Virus record (IMG/VR): IMGVR_UViG_3300028887_000077
Span: 86,028 to 150,027 of that record
Origin: a virus
Taxonomy: Duplodnaviria > Caudoviricetes
Length of the DNA: 64,000 bases
Strand: one strand, 5' to 3'
The position numbers were made by a program, and so were the translations under genes. Below the pieces are notes generated by a model. The model was not told the origin of the DNA, did not search any database, and saw only the letters and a list, made by a program, of their open reading frames with translations. Every line of letters begins with the position of its first letter. The stretch's first letter is position 1. Shown here piece after piece: positions 63,967-64,000 of this stretch.

Positions 63967-63976
63967 GGGGGGGGGG
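63967..63976 (+). repeat. G10 homopolymer
   Basis: Ten consecutive G. Confidence 0.9.
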
Positions 63977-64000
63977 TAATTTCAACACTGAAAGAAGTTG

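Overview
The window is a 64-kb piece of a large tailed dsDNA phage genome. Strong GGAGG Shine-Dalgarno sites and consensus TTGACA-17-TATAAT promoters point to a Firmicutes-type host, and the gene set and order resemble SPbeta (YonO-type RNA polymerase, YonJ-like phosphoesterase, terminase, portal, head, neck, tail). Layout: (i) 1-2.6 kb, short rightward operons ending in an orphan HicB-like gene. (ii) 2.6-3.05 kb, a non-coding C-rich/G-rich convergence region, a possible genome end. (iii) 3.05-27.8 kb, about 55 tightly coupled leftward, mostly small genes: SprT-like, GP88-like, PcfM-like, two PcfJ-domain proteins, two BspA-LRR proteins and a KH-domain protein. (iv) 28-39.7 kb, leftward genes including a GIY-YIG protein, an MqsA-type Zn finger, ThyX, dNMP kinase, a HAD nucleotidase and a ~980-aa YonO/RdRP-fold RNA polymerase. 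A 317-nt ORF-less group I intron splits the polymerase's catalytic DFDGD motif. (v) 39.78-40.17 kb, a mirror-symmetric four-promoter element at the strand switch, with convergent inner promoters, matching G-run motifs and an AT-rich palindromic core; candidate transcription-primed origin. (vi) 40.2-64 kb, a rightward module: tRNA-Asn, phosphoesterase, free-standing GIY-YIG endonuclease, terminase, portal, ferritin-like and GAF/holin-like proteins, head, neck and tail genes, and a fibre-like protein with an internal Hint domain before a chaperone-like tail. All family assignments come from motif recognition by eye; no database search was run. No integrase, reverse transcriptase or CRISPR array was seen.
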